The notes: generated by a model from the sequence alone, not told the origin. A stretch of 64,000 bases of DNA from an uncultured Verrucomicrobiaceae bacterium (GCA_964515735.1 CAZEVP010000008.1:7945-71944); one strand, 5' to 3'; positions 1 to 9,761 are shown, counted from the first letter of the stretch. Made by a program: numbers and translations.

Positions 1-144
1 GCCACGGTCGTCGACGTCGGCCTGCGCGCCAACTTCGCCCGCCACTACGACCGCCTCTCCGACGAGGACAAGGGCCATCTGGTGCGGATCATGGGCGAGT
101 TGCACGACCAGCTCGACCGCGATTTCATCTCGGCGAGCCGGTGA
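1..144 (+). CDS. 3' end of an unidentified CDS (partial, runs off the window start)
   Basis: Frame 1 is open from base 1 to the TGA at 142-144 (..ANFARHYDRLSDEDKGHLVRIMGELHDQLDRDFISASR*). No family recognised. Confidence 0.3.
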   Translation, partial: ATVVDVGLRANFARHYDRLSDEDKGHLVRIMGELHDQLDRDFISASR

Positions 145-237
145 ACGCTTCAGGGGGTTAAACAACTGGCGCTGGAGCCGCCGCCACCTCGCCAATAGAC
201 TCGTTCGCCATCGCATCCGAGCCCCCAGGAGTCTGTC

Positions 238-1248
238 GTGTCCCGTCCACTGACCTTCGGTTACCTCTACGACTTCCGCAATCCGGCGCCGTGGCGGCGG
301 CCGTGGAGCGAGCTCTACGCCGAGACGCTCGACCTGATCGCCTGGAGCGAAACGGCCGGCTTCACCGGCGCCTGGGTACCGGAGCACCACGGCGCCGACG
401 ACGGCTACCAGCCGGCGCCGAACATCGTGCTGGCCGCCATCGCCGCGCGCACGAAGACGATCAGGCTCGGCTCGGCGATCGCGCTGGCGCCGCTCTACCA
501 CCCGGTGCGCTTCGCCGAGGAGTGCGCACTGCTCGACATCCTGTCGAACGGCCGCGCCGAAATGGCACTGGCGATCGGCTACCGCCAGCGCGAGTACAAC
601 GGCTTCGGTCTCGACTTCAAAAAGCGCGGCAGCCGCTTCGACGAGTTCCTGCACATCGTGCGCGCGCTGTGGGCCGGCGAGACGGTGACGTTCGAGGGCC
701 GCCACTACACGGTGAACGAGGCGCGCATCATGCCGCCGTCGCCGCGCGGGCAGATTCCGCTCTACATCGGCGGCTTCGCCGAAAAAGCGCTGGAACGCGT
801 GGCGAAGTACGCCGACGGCTACTTCGGCAACGAGGAGGTCTGCGGCCTCTACGCCGAGAAGCTGAAACAGCAGGGCAAGGACCCGGCCGACGCCGGCATC
901 CGCATCCAGGGGCTGTTCACCGTCGTCGCCCGCGACCCCGAGCAGGCGATGGAGGAGCTGGCGCCCTGCTACCACTACGTCAACAACAGCTACGGCGCCT
1001 GGCTCAACGAGGACAACGCCATCGGCATCGACGATCCGACGCTGAAGCCGATGGATCTCGACAGTTTCAAGCGCAGCGGCATCCTGCAGATCCTGACGCC
1101 GGAACAGGCAATCACCCATTTCCGGAAGATGCAGCAGCGCATCGCCGTCGAGCACTTCATGATGATGCGGCCGCCGGGGCTGCCGGCCAGCCGCTTCGTC
1201 GAATACGCGCAGCTGTTCGCCGACGAAGTGATCCCCGCGTTCCGGTAA
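238..1248 (+). CDS. Luciferase-like monooxygenase (LLM) family flavin/F420-dependent oxidoreductase
   Basis: 336-aa ORF with LLM-type sequence (AWVPEHHG.., LGSAIALAPLYHPVRFAEECALLDILSNGR, IPLYIGG). It lies directly upstream of fbiC/npdG. F420 dependence is inferred from context only. Confidence 0.75.
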   Translation: MSRPLTFGYLYDFRNPAPWRRPWSELYAETLDLIAWSETAGFTGAWVPEHHGADDGYQPAPNIVLAAIAARTKTIRLGSAIALAPLYHPVRFAEECALLDILSNGRAEMALAIGYRQREYNGFGLDFKKRGSRFDEFLHIVRALWAGETVTFEGRHYTVNEARIMPPSPRGQIPLYIGGFAEKALERVAKYADGYFGNEEVCGLYAEKLKQQGKDPADAGIRIQGLFTVVARDPEQAMEELAPCYHYVNNSYGAWLNEDNAIGIDDPTLKPMDLDSFKRSGILQILTPEQAITHFRKMQQRIAVEHFMMMRPPGLPASRFVEYAQLFADEVIPAFR

Positions 1249-1439
1249 CGCCGGGACGCGCGACATGACCGGATCTGGACACCACCGGCAATTGTCGCCG
1301 CCCCGAAACTGACGTCCAATGGCCATACCTATGATATTCGGCCATGTCGCATGGAGCCGTCGCGGCAACTGTGTGACCATGGCCGGCCGGCGCCTCCGCC
1401 AACCCCATCGCCACTCCATGACGCACCGCCGCCAACGGC

Positions 1440-3875
1440 GTGCGCGACGACACCGAGAACGCCGTGGACCCGACGACATCCATCCCGACAGCGACCACCC
1501 GCGCCAACGACGACGCGCTGCGCCAGCGCCTGCTGCGCGCGCCGCTCGCCGACCTGCTGGCCGAGGCGCGGGCGCTGCGCGAGCGCGGCCACGGCCGGCT
1601 GCAGTCGTTCTCGCCGAAGGTGTTCATTCCGCTGACCCGGCTCTGCCGCGACTACTGCCACTACTGCACCTTCTCGCGGCCACAGGCGCGCAGCGAACGC
1701 GCCTACATGACGCCCGACGAAGTGCTGCGCATCGCCCGCGACGGCGCCGCGCTCGGCTGCACCGAGGCACTGTTCACGCTCGGCGACAAACCCGAGCTGC
1801 GCCACGCCGGCGCGCGCCGCGAACTCGACGCGATGGGCTACGACAGCACCAACGCCTATCTCGCCGACCTCTGCGCGCGCGTGCTGCAGGAGACCGGTCT
1901 GCTGCCGCACGTCAACGCCGGCGTGATGACACGCGATGAACTGATCGCGCTGCGCAAGGTATCGGTGTCGCAGGGGCTGATGCTGGAGACGACGGCCGAG
2001 CGCCTGTGCGAGCGCGGGCAGGTGCACTACCGCTCGCCGGACAAGGTGCCGGCGGTGCGCCTGGCGATGATCCGCGAGGCCGGCGAACTCGCCATTCCGT
2101 TCACCAGCGGCATCCTGATCGGCATCGGCGAGACCCGCGACGAACGGCTCGACGCGCTGTTCGCACTGCGCGATCTGCACGAACATCACGGCCACATCCA
2201 GGAGATCATCGTCCAGAATTTCCGCGCCAAGGCGCGCACGCCGATGGCGGGCAGCATCGAACCCGACCTCGACGACCTGCTGTGGACGATCGCCTGCGCG
2301 CGGCTGATCTTCGGCCCGGCAATGAACATTCAGGCGCCGCCGAACCTGTCGCACGCCGATTTCCCGCGTCTGCTCGACGCCGGCATCAACGACTGGGGCG
2401 GTGTCTCGCCGCTGACGCCGGATCACGTCAACCCGGAGGCGCCGTGGCCCGAGCTGGCCGTGCTCGACGACGGCACGCGCCGCGCCGGCTACACGCTGGT
2501 GCGGCGGCTGCCGATCTACCCGGCATGGCTGAAGGATGCCACGCGCTGGCTCGACGCCGACGTCGTCGCGCCGACACTGCAACGCAGCGATGCCGATGGC
2601 TGGGGCCGCGACGAGCGCTGGAGCAGCGGCGGCAGCGCGCGGCCGCCGCAACCGCAACCGCTCGCGCCGATCGTCGACCCGCGCATCGGCGACACGCTGC
2701 AGGTGCTGGCCGCCGGCGCCGCGCCGACCGCCGCCATGATCGAGACACTGTTCGGCGCGCGCGGCAGCGATGTCGAGGCCGTCTGCGCGGCCGCCGACGA
2801 ACTGCGGCGCGCGGTCAACGGCGATGCCATCGGCTACGTCGTCAACCGCAACATCAACTACACCAACATCTGCGCCTACACCTGCGGCTTCTGCGCCTTC
2901 TCGAAAGGATCGACGCACGACGACCTGCGCGGCAAACCCTACGACCTCGACCACGGCGAGATCGCGCGCCGCGTTCGTGAAGCGGTCACGCGCGGCGCCA
3001 GCGAAGTCTGCCTGCAGGGCGGCATCCACCCGCGCTACAGCGGCCAGACCTACCTCGACATCCTGCGCACCGTGAAGCGCGCCGAACCCGGCGTGCACGT
3101 GCACGCCTTCTCGCCGCTCGAAATCATGCACGGCGCCGGCACGCTCGGCATCGGTGTGCGCGAATTCCTGACGCGCCTGAAAAGCGAAGGGCTCGGCACG
3201 CTGCCCGGCACCGCCGCCGAAATCCTCGACGAGGACGTGCGCGCGATCATCTGCCCGGACAAGCTGACCGCCGGCGAATGGCTGGAAGTGATCGGGACCG
3301 CGCACGACGTCGGCCTGAAGACGACGGCGACGATCATGTTCGGCCACGTCGACACGCCGGCGCACTGGGCGAAACATCTGCTGGCGATCCGCGCACTGCA
3401 GGCGCGCACCGGCGGCATCACCGAGTTCGTGCCGCTGCCGTTCGTGCACATGGAGGCGCCGATCGCGCGGCGCGGAAAAACCCGGCGCGGTCCGACCTTT
3501 CGCGAAGTGCGGCTGATGCACGCCATCGCCCGCCTCGCGCTGCATCCGCTGATCCCCAACATCCAGGTGTCGTGGACCAAGCTCGGCGCCGATGGCGCGC
3601 GCATCTGCCTCAATGGCGGCGCCAACGATCTCGGCGGCACGCTGATGAACGAGAGCATCTCGCGCGCCGCCGGCAGCAGCCACGGCCAGGAGTTCGCACC
3701 GCCCGAGCTGGAAGCGTTCATCCGCTCGCTCGGCCGCGCGCCGTCGCCGCGCACGACCCTTTACACACCGGCCGACCCCGCGCTGATCGCGCGCGCCCAT
3801 CGCGCGGCGCCGCTGACACCGATGGTGCAGACGCCGCCGGTCAAGATTCGTAACCTGACGGAGCAATCGACATGA
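1440..3875 (+). CDS. fbiC: FO synthase, fused CofG/CofH (7,8-didemethyl-8-hydroxy-5-deazariboflavin synthase)
   Basis: 811-aa ORF with two radical-SAM CxxxCxxC motifs (CRDYCHYC and CAYTCGFC), one in each half. The GTG at 1440 is the first in-frame start; the true start is uncertain. Confidence 0.9.
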   Translation: MRDDTENAVDPTTSIPTATTRANDDALRQRLLRAPLADLLAEARALRERGHGRLQSFSPKVFIPLTRLCRDYCHYCTFSRPQARSERAYMTPDEVLRIARDGAALGCTEALFTLGDKPELRHAGARRELDAMGYDSTNAYLADLCARVLQETGLLPHVNAGVMTRDELIALRKVSVSQGLMLETTAERLCERGQVHYRSPDKVPAVRLAMIREAGELAIPFTSGILIGIGETRDERLDALFALRDLHEHHGHIQEIIVQNFRAKARTPMAGSIEPDLDDLLWTIACARLIFGPAMNIQAPPNLSHADFPRLLDAGINDWGGVSPLTPDHVNPEAPWPELAVLDDGTRRAGYTLVRRLPIYPAWLKDATRWLDADVVAPTLQRSDADGWGRDERWSSGGSARPPQPQPLAPIVDPRIGDTLQVLAAGAAPTAAMIETLFGARGSDVEAVCAAADELRRAVNGDAIGYVVNRNINYTNICAYTCGFCAFSKGSTHDDLRGKPYDLDHGEIARRVREAVTRGASEVCLQGGIHPRYSGQTYLDILRTVKRAEPGVHVHAFSPLEIMHGAGTLGIGVREFLTRLKSEGLGTLPGTAAEILDEDVRAIICPDKLTAGEWLEVIGTAHDVGLKTTATIMFGHVDTPAHWAKHLLAIRALQARTGGITEFVPLPFVHMEAPIARRGKTRRGPTFREVRLMHAIARLALHPLIPNIQVSWTKLGADGARICLNGGANDLGGTLMNESISRAAGSSHGQEFAPPELEAFIRSLGRAPSPRTTLYTPADPALIARAHRAAPLTPMVQTPPVKIRNLTEQST

Positions 3876-4552
3876 CTGAACAGAACCGACGCCTGACCAT
3901 CGCCGTACTCGGCGGCGCCGGCAAGGAAGGCGGTGGCCTCGCGCTGCGCTGGGCGCACGCGGGTCACACCGTCATCATCGGCAGCCGCTCCGCCGAACGC
4001 GCGCAGGAAGCCGCCGACGAGATCAACGCGACGCTCGACCGCGAGGCGGCATCGGGTGCCGACAACGCAAGCGCCGCGCAACAGGCCGAACTGGTGGTGC
4101 TCGCCGTGCCGTTCGCGGCGCAGCGCGCGCTGGCCGAGGAGATTCGCGACCAGCTGCAGGGCAAGATCCTGATCGACGTCACCGTGCCGCTGGTGCCGCC
4201 GAAGGTCAGCCGCGTGCAGCTGCCGGAGAACGGCTCCGCCGTCGAGGCGATCCAGAAACTGCTCGGCGTGGATGTGCGCGTGGTGTCGGCGTTCCAGAAC
4301 ATCTCCGCGCACCACCTGAAGGATCTCGACCACGCCATCGACTGCGACGTGCTGGTCTGCGCCGACGATGCCGGGGCGGGCGAGCGGGTCGTCGCGCTGG
4401 CGCGCGAGATCGGCCTCGGCGCCTGGTACGCCGGCGCGCTGTGCAACTCGGTGGTCAGCGAGGCGCTGACCAGCGTGCTGATCGCGCTGAACCGGCGCTA
4501 CAAGGTGCCGGATGCCGGCATCCGCATCACCGGGCTGCCGAAACCCGAATGA
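3872..4552 (+). CDS. npdG: NADPH-dependent F420 reductase
   Basis: 226 aa with an N-terminal Rossmann motif (IAVLGGAGKEGGGLALRWAHAGHTVIIGSR). It overlaps the fbiC stop by 4 nt. Confidence 0.85.
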   Translation: MTEQNRRLTIAVLGGAGKEGGGLALRWAHAGHTVIIGSRSAERAQEAADEINATLDREAASGADNASAAQQAELVVLAVPFAAQRALAEEIRDQLQGKILIDVTVPLVPPKVSRVQLPENGSAVEAIQKLLGVDVRVVSAFQNISAHHLKDLDHAIDCDVLVCADDAGAGERVVALAREIGLGAWYAGALCNSVVSEALTSVLIALNRRYKVPDAGIRITGLPKPE

Positions 4553-4601
4553 CCCGGGTCACCGCGCCGCCAGACGCACGCGGCGCTCTCGCGACGATCG
4601 C

Positions 4602-4925
4602 TCAGGGCAGCAAGTGGAGGAGATGGATCTCCATCCAGTCCCACAACGGACGTCCGAACGTATAGACACCGACCAGCAGCACCAGCGTCACCACCACCCA
4701 CGCATCCGTGATCCGCTTCAGCGCGCGGGAGGCGTGATTGACCTCCATGAACTCCCTCAGGATGATCCTCGCCTTCAGCGCGGATATCGCCAGCACTACA
4801 CCGGTCACCAGAGCGCTCACCTGCATCGGCTCCGCGCCGCTCGAACCGGTGAACCACGATATGGCCGTCACCACGACGAGACCGATCCAGACTGCAGTCA
4901 ACCGGAAATTCGATACCTCGCTCAT
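4602..4925 (-). CDS. Small membrane protein, prokaryotic cytochrome oxidase subunit IV (CyoD-like) family
   Basis: 107 aa starting at the internal ATG (MSEVSNFRLTAVWIGLVVV..) of track ORF 4602-5447. Three hydrophobic spans. It begins 2 bp after the subunit-III-like gene. The size matches CyoD. Confidence 0.6.
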   Translation of the reverse strand: MSEVSNFRLTAVWIGLVVVTAISWFTGSSGAEPMQVSALVTGVVLAISALKARIILREFMEVNHASRALKRITDAWVVVTLVLLVGVYTFGRPLWDWMEIHLLHLLP

Positions 4926-4927
4926 GG

Positions 4928-5551
4928 CTACCTCATCAGATAGAGCAGTGCAAAGATGAACACCCAGATCAGGTCGACCATGTGCCAGTAGGTAGCGCCG
5001 GTCTCGACCGACTCGACCAGATGATTGGTCGGCCTGATCAGGTTGAAGTAGACGTAGGTCAGCACCACCAGACCGACGACCATGTGCAGCATGTGATACG
5101 CGGTGATGTAGTAGTAATAGGTGAAGTACAGGCTGTGCATCAGCGTGAATCCCTCGCGGATCGCCAGCGTCCACTCGACCGACTTCGACACCATGAACGA
5201 CACGCCGAACAGTACCGCCAGCATCAGGCAGCGTTTGGCCCCGCCCAGATCGCCGAGGCGGGTGCAGCGAACGCAGCGTGCGATGAACCACGAGCTGGTC
5301 AGCAGCAGTATCGTGTTGAAGATTCCGAAACCCTGACTCTGGTGCGCCTGCGCCGCCAGGAACTCCTCCGGATTCCTGGCCCGGAACAGCATGTAGGAGA
5401 TCAGATAACAGCTGAAGACACAGGCATCGAAGATGATGAAGTACCACATGTCCCGCTGACCGGGACCGAAACCGTGCTCGCTCCCCTCTTCCTGCCTGAT
5501 CAGATCATCGATCGTCTGCGTACTCGACATGGTCGTCTCTCGCGAATTCAT
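4928..5551 (-). CDS. Heme-copper oxidase subunit III family protein (CyoC/NorE-like)
   Basis: 207 aa, polytopic, with a subunit III-like C-terminus (..YYYITAYHMLHMVVGLVVL..TGATYWHMVDLIWVFIFALLYL). A start at M8 is also possible. Confidence 0.8.
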   Translation of the reverse strand: MNSRETTMSSTQTIDDLIRQEEGSEHGFGPGQRDMWYFIIFDACVFSCYLISYMLFRARNPEEFLAAQAHQSQGFGIFNTILLLTSSWFIARCVRCTRLGDLGGAKRCLMLAVLFGVSFMVSKSVEWTLAIREGFTLMHSLYFTYYYYITAYHMLHMVVGLVVLTYVYFNLIRPTNHLVESVETGATYWHMVDLIWVFIFALLYLMR

Positions 5552-5570
5552 TTCGGCCCCGTTCGGCCGC

Positions 5571-6344
5571 TCACTTCTTTGCCAGCGCCGGCAGCACGCC
5601 CGCCCCCAGGTCTTCCCGTTCGATCATCTGCCTGAGCAGTTTGATGAACGCTCCGGTGTAGACCGCGAACACCACGAAGGCGATCCAGAACGCCGTCAAT
5701 CCGTTCCACGCGAACGGTCCCTCATGGGTGAACCACAGCGTCACGATCACGAACTCGGTGAAGGCGTTGCACAGACAGAAATAGCCGAACCACTTCGGAA
5801 ACACCTTGTTGCGATCGACGAGGACGGCGGTCATCCAGACCAGCGAACCGATCAGGAAGATGCCCATCGTTCCCTGGAACGAGAGAATGCCCATGTCGTA
5901 CAGCATCATCATCAGCTCGGGGTCACGATCGAGGCGCATCGCACCGACCGCAAAGATCAGCGCGGCCAGCAGCATCCCCGGAAACGTCGCGGTTGAGTAG
6001 ATCACGATGTAGGCGTAACCGAAGGCGCGGCTGACCGACATCCGCCGCATCGAATAACCGATCAGGCCATTCTGAAAAGCCGTCAGCCCCGCCGACACGA
6101 AGCAGAGCGCGAAACCGTACTGGATACCGGTCTGGTGAGTAGTGAACCACTCGACGATCTGCCCGGCGTTCCACCACGGCTTCGGCGGCGGCTGGGTGCG
6201 GGTCAGCACGAAGAATACGAGGGTGTACAGCTGGTAGAAGGAGACCGTGGTGATCCACGCCAGCATCAGCTCCTTTCTGCCGCGCTTGACGGCCTCGGGA
6301 CTCGCCTCCCCTCCCTCTCGCAGCGAGATCGGCTGCGCGGTCAT
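5571..6344 (-). CDS. Polytopic membrane protein of unknown family (paralog A)
   Basis: 257 aa with multiple hydrophobic spans. It shares motifs with the upstream paralog (DRNKVFPKWFGYF / EGPFAWNGLTAFWI). Its ATG overlaps the paralog B stop (ATGA). Confidence 0.6.
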   Translation of the reverse strand: MTAQPISLREGGEASPEAVKRGRKELMLAWITTVSFYQLYTLVFFVLTRTQPPPKPWWNAGQIVEWFTTHQTGIQYGFALCFVSAGLTAFQNGLIGYSMRRMSVSRAFGYAYIVIYSTATFPGMLLAALIFAVGAMRLDRDPELMMMLYDMGILSFQGTMGIFLIGSLVWMTAVLVDRNKVFPKWFGYFCLCNAFTEFVIVTLWFTHEGPFAWNGLTAFWIAFVVFAVYTGAFIKLLRQMIEREDLGAGVLPALAKK

Positions 6345-7072
6345 GACGCCACCCCCACCTCACGGCGCTGCCGGCAGATGGCCGCGGCGACGACGCAGCC
6401 GGTCACCAGAACCCACAACCCGGTTGCTCCGTTCTTGATCCAGAACGGGAACAGGCCATCCCACGACAGCGGCCCCTCGAAGCCGTTGACGCCGGCGAAG
6501 CTGGCCGGCGCCAGCGCGATGACGATCGCGATGTTGAAATGCGCGAACCAGGTCGGAAAGATCCTGTTCTTCTGATCATCGAAATAGACCGCAATCGCGA
6601 GAATCAGCGACTGCGCGATCATGAAGCCACCCTGCACGGTGAACGACATCCAGGCCATGTCGTTCAGCAGCTGCGTCAGCGCCGGGCTGCGATCGGGCCG
6701 GAACGCAGCCAGCAGCCAGAACAGGTCCGCCGTGAAGAACAGGACCGGGCTGCCGCAGATACAGGCGAGAAAACAGTAGGCGAAGATGGCGCTGCGATGC
6801 GCCATGCGCTTTATCTGCACCATCACCAGCGCCAGCAACGGAATGATGCCGTAGCTGAACCAGTTCAGCAGGATCATGCTCCAGCGAGTGCGCGAGAGAT
6901 TGTCCGGGTCGCGATAGAACGCCGCCACCTCATCGGCGCTCAGCGCCGGTGACATCGGGCTGGTGAACCCCGGAAACATCATGATCGAGACCACCCAGAT
7001 CAGCAGCACGAACGGAAACGACCACAGCAGCAGCAACTCTCCGTCTCGCATTCTCACGGCGTGTGTGGACAT
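6341..7072 (-). CDS. Polytopic membrane protein of unknown family (paralog B)
   Basis: 243 aa from the internal ATG at 7072 (MSTHAVRMRDGELLLLWSF..). Contains motifs DQKNRIFPTWFAHF / EGPLSWDGLFPFWI. The longer track ORF to 7207 would run into the TonB-receptor 3' end. Confidence 0.6.
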   Translation of the reverse strand: MSTHAVRMRDGELLLLWSFPFVLLIWVVSIMMFPGFTSPMSPALSADEVAAFYRDPDNLSRTRWSMILLNWFSYGIIPLLALVMVQIKRMAHRSAIFAYCFLACICGSPVLFFTADLFWLLAAFRPDRSPALTQLLNDMAWMSFTVQGGFMIAQSLILAIAVYFDDQKNRIFPTWFAHFNIAIVIALAPASFAGVNGFEGPLSWDGLFPFWIKNGATGLWVLVTGCVVAAAICRQRREVGVAS

Positions 7073-7170
7073 CAGCTTGCCTCTCCTCTTGCAAAAAAAT
7101 GGGCAATGCCCGACGGCACTGCCCGAACTCCGATATTTCGCAACATCAGAGGGGAACCACGAACGGATCG

Positions 7171-9690
7171 CTATCCGCCAAAGTTGTAACGCACCTTCGC
7201 GCCCCACATCTTCGGCAGGCCGACCTGACGGGTCTCGAAGCCGAGGTTGTGGTAGGCACCGGAAACGTAGGTCGTGTACTTCTCGTCCAGCGCGTTGGTC
7301 ATGAACAGCCCCGCATCGAAGCGACTGCCGAAGATGCCGTTCCAGTTGACGTTGAGATTGAGCAGGCTGTAGGAGTCGAGAGTCGCGTAGGGCGAGCCGG
7401 CGAGACGACCATTGCCATCCACGTACTCCGGCGCGGTACTGTTCTGCTCATCGGTGTAGCTGTAGGTGCCGCCGATGTGAACGTCGCCGACCTCCACCGG
7501 CAACGGCAGCCGGTAGCGCAGGCCCGCGACCACGCTATGCATCGGCGAGAAGGTGAGGTCGTCGCCCGGCCGCGAGGTCGGAGAGAGCGAAACGCCGGCC
7601 GGAGCGACCGGGTCGACCATCTCCTTCAGTTCCGTATCCAGGTAGGTATACGAAACATTCAGCATCAGGTCTTCGAGCAGCATCAGCGAGGTCTCGACCT
7701 CGAACCCCTGAATGACCGACGTACCCGCGTTGACGATCGCTGTGGTCGACAGGCCGCCGGAGAGATAGCCGTACTGCAGCTGCTGATCCTGCAGATCGTT
7801 GTAGAAGACGGAGACGTTGAAGGTGCCGGGCACCGGACCGCCGAACGTGGTCTTGGCGCCGAGCTCGTAGGCATCGACGTGTTCGGGATTGAACTCGCGG
7901 AATCCATCGCCGCCGAACACATTGACACTGCCCATCCGGTAGCCGCGCGCATATTTCGCGTACAGCATCACGTCCTGCGTCAGGAAGTAATCGACATCGA
8001 TCAGGCCGGTGACCGCCTCGCTGGTCTGGTCCACGTTGTCCTTGCAGCCGTTGGCGAGAGTGGCGCCATTGCCGCTGTAGAGACACTGGGTGTTGCCGGC
8101 GACACTCGGCGTCGCCGGCGCGCCCAGGTAGGAATAGCCATTCCACATCTGCGAGCGCGACTGGCCGATGGCCTTGTCTCTCGTGTAACGCAGGCCTGCG
8201 GTCACCTTCCACTGATCGTTGATGTCGTAGGTCATCTCCGAGTAAATGGCGTTGTTGACGTACTCGACCTCTCCCTGCGTGCGCGTGATGGCGCCGTAAC
8301 CGTTGGGGCCGAACTGCGCGCCGATGATGTCGATGCCCAGGCTGTTGAGGAAATGGTTGCGCGGCACGTCGATACAAGTCGAGTTGGCCGGATTCGCCTG
8401 ATCGACGGACGAGCAGAACACCTGCCCGATGCTTTGCGAACCGGAAATGCCATCCGGCATGCTGTTTTCGAAATAGATCCCCGCCTGCCAGGTCAGGTCT
8501 CCATCCATCGCGTAACCCTGGAACTGCAGCTCTTCGACGAAACTCACCTGGCTGTTGGTTGGAACGCCCGGCGGAGAGTTGGACTCCACGAAGCCATAAC
8601 TGCCGATGCCGTAGTAGTCGTAGTTCATGCCATAGACGGCCGTCCGGTTGATCTGCTCCAGATCGGCATAGGCGACGATGTTCTTGATCGTCAGATCGTC
8701 GTGCACTTCCCACGTCGTCGTATTGATCAGCTGCCACTGCTTCTGCTCGCTGACCGGATTGGCCATCAGGCTTTCCAGCATGTAGAAATCGCGGCCCTGA
8801 TGCGCGAGCTGTGCCGGACATCCCATGTTGAACAGCGTCAGCCCCGGCTTGCAGTCGAACAGGCTGGAGGCGACGCCGGTATTCTCGGAATCGCTGTAGC
8901 TGAGAATCGTGTAGTTCTGCAGAGCATCCGACACCTCCCAGACGACGCTGGCGCGCGCGGCGACGTAATCGGTGTTGCCGAGTTCGCTCGGGCCGATACC
9001 GGAAACGTTGCGCAGGTGGCCGTCCCGTTTCATCGTGTCGACACCGAAACGGGCGCGCACGGTTTCGCTGATCGGCACGTTGATGACACCCTGAATGCGC
9101 TGCATGTCGTAATCGCCGGCGGCACCTTCGAGGTAGCCTTCGAGCTGGCTGGTCGGTTCCTGCGGCGTCAGCAGAATGGCGCCACCGGTGGTGTTGCGAC
9201 CGAACAGCGTGCCCTGCGGACCTTTCAGCACCAGCACGTTCTGCAGATCAAAGAACGAGCCGGGGCCGGCGCCATCGCCCGCCGTCACCGAACCACCGCC
9301 GCGCGGCGCCACCACTTCCGCGAAGTAGAAACCGACCGACGCCGTGGTGCGCAGCTCCTGCGTGAAGCCACGAATGGCGAAGGTCGCCTGATCCGGCCCG
9401 AAGCGGGGGTTGACCGCCAGCGACGGCGTGAACTGTTTCAGCTCGGCGGAGCTGAACACGTTGCTGTTGGCCATCGTCTGCTGATCGACCACGGTGATGG
9501 CGATCGGGATGTCCTGCGAACTCTCCTCCTGCCGCCGCGCCGACACGATGATCTCCTCCACCACCGCGCTCGACTGCCCCGAACCCTGCGCCAGCACCGG
9601 CGCCGACAGCCCAAGCCCGAGGGCTGCCGCCGGCCAGACCACGCTCCGGCAGGCATTCGTGATCCGCTTGTTGTTTATCTGCATCGTCAT
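7171..9690 (-). CDS. TonB-dependent outer-membrane receptor
   Basis: 839 aa with a signal peptide ending ..APVLAQG, a plug region (EEIIVSARRQEES.. IPIAITVV.. FAIRGF) and a long beta-barrel with alternating aromatic residues. Confidence 0.9.
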   Translation of the reverse strand: MTMQINNKRITNACRSVVWPAAALGLGLSAPVLAQGSGQSSAVVEEIIVSARRQEESSQDIPIAITVVDQQTMANSNVFSSAELKQFTPSLAVNPRFGPDQATFAIRGFTQELRTTASVGFYFAEVVAPRGGGSVTAGDGAGPGSFFDLQNVLVLKGPQGTLFGRNTTGGAILLTPQEPTSQLEGYLEGAAGDYDMQRIQGVINVPISETVRARFGVDTMKRDGHLRNVSGIGPSELGNTDYVAARASVVWEVSDALQNYTILSYSDSENTGVASSLFDCKPGLTLFNMGCPAQLAHQGRDFYMLESLMANPVSEQKQWQLINTTTWEVHDDLTIKNIVAYADLEQINRTAVYGMNYDYYGIGSYGFVESNSPPGVPTNSQVSFVEELQFQGYAMDGDLTWQAGIYFENSMPDGISGSQSIGQVFCSSVDQANPANSTCIDVPRNHFLNSLGIDIIGAQFGPNGYGAITRTQGEVEYVNNAIYSEMTYDINDQWKVTAGLRYTRDKAIGQSRSQMWNGYSYLGAPATPSVAGNTQCLYSGNGATLANGCKDNVDQTSEAVTGLIDVDYFLTQDVMLYAKYARGYRMGSVNVFGGDGFREFNPEHVDAYELGAKTTFGGPVPGTFNVSVFYNDLQDQQLQYGYLSGGLSTTAIVNAGTSVIQGFEVETSLMLLEDLMLNVSYTYLDTELKEMVDPVAPAGVSLSPTSRPGDDLTFSPMHSVVAGLRYRLPLPVEVGDVHIGGTYSYTDEQNSTAPEYVDGNGRLAGSPYATLDSYSLLNLNVNWNGIFGSRFDAGLFMTNALDEKYTTYVSGAYHNLGFETRQVGLPKMWGAKVRYNFGG

Positions 9691-9698
9691 TCCCCCAT

Positions 9699-9761
9699 GT
9701 TCTTATCGAAGAGGTTCTTATCCGAGAAAGCCTCATGCCGAAGAGGCTCTTATCGAAGTCG
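9699..9761. promoter_or_regulatory. Three direct repeats of TCTTATC(C)GA(A)G in the divergent receptor/AraC intergenic region (candidate operator)
   Basis: Cores at 9701-9711, 9716-9726 and 9748-9758. A longer 20-nt unit, CGAAGAGG(T/C)TCTTATC(C)GA(A)G, occurs at 9707-9726 and 9739-9758. Confidence 0.4.

Noticed and set aside
1329-3866. Very long ORFs on the strand opposite to recognised genes. This one is 845 aa. Others include 7063-9813 (+), 18284-19780 (-), 24576-26276 (-), 26283-28004 (-), 54652-56640 (+), 56891-58639 (+) and 61667-63865 (-).
   Set aside because: Their translations are Arg/Ala/Gly/Pro-rich low-complexity strings with no family resemblance. In every case the partner strand encodes a protein with clear conserved motifs. 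Long stop-free antisense frames are expected at about 67% GC.
4550-4561. A 12-bp palindrome (TGACCCGGGTCA) at the npdG stop, considered as a bidirectional terminator between convergent genes.
   Set aside because: The stem is only about 5-6 bp with essentially no loop, and there are no flanking T/A tracts. That is too weak to call.
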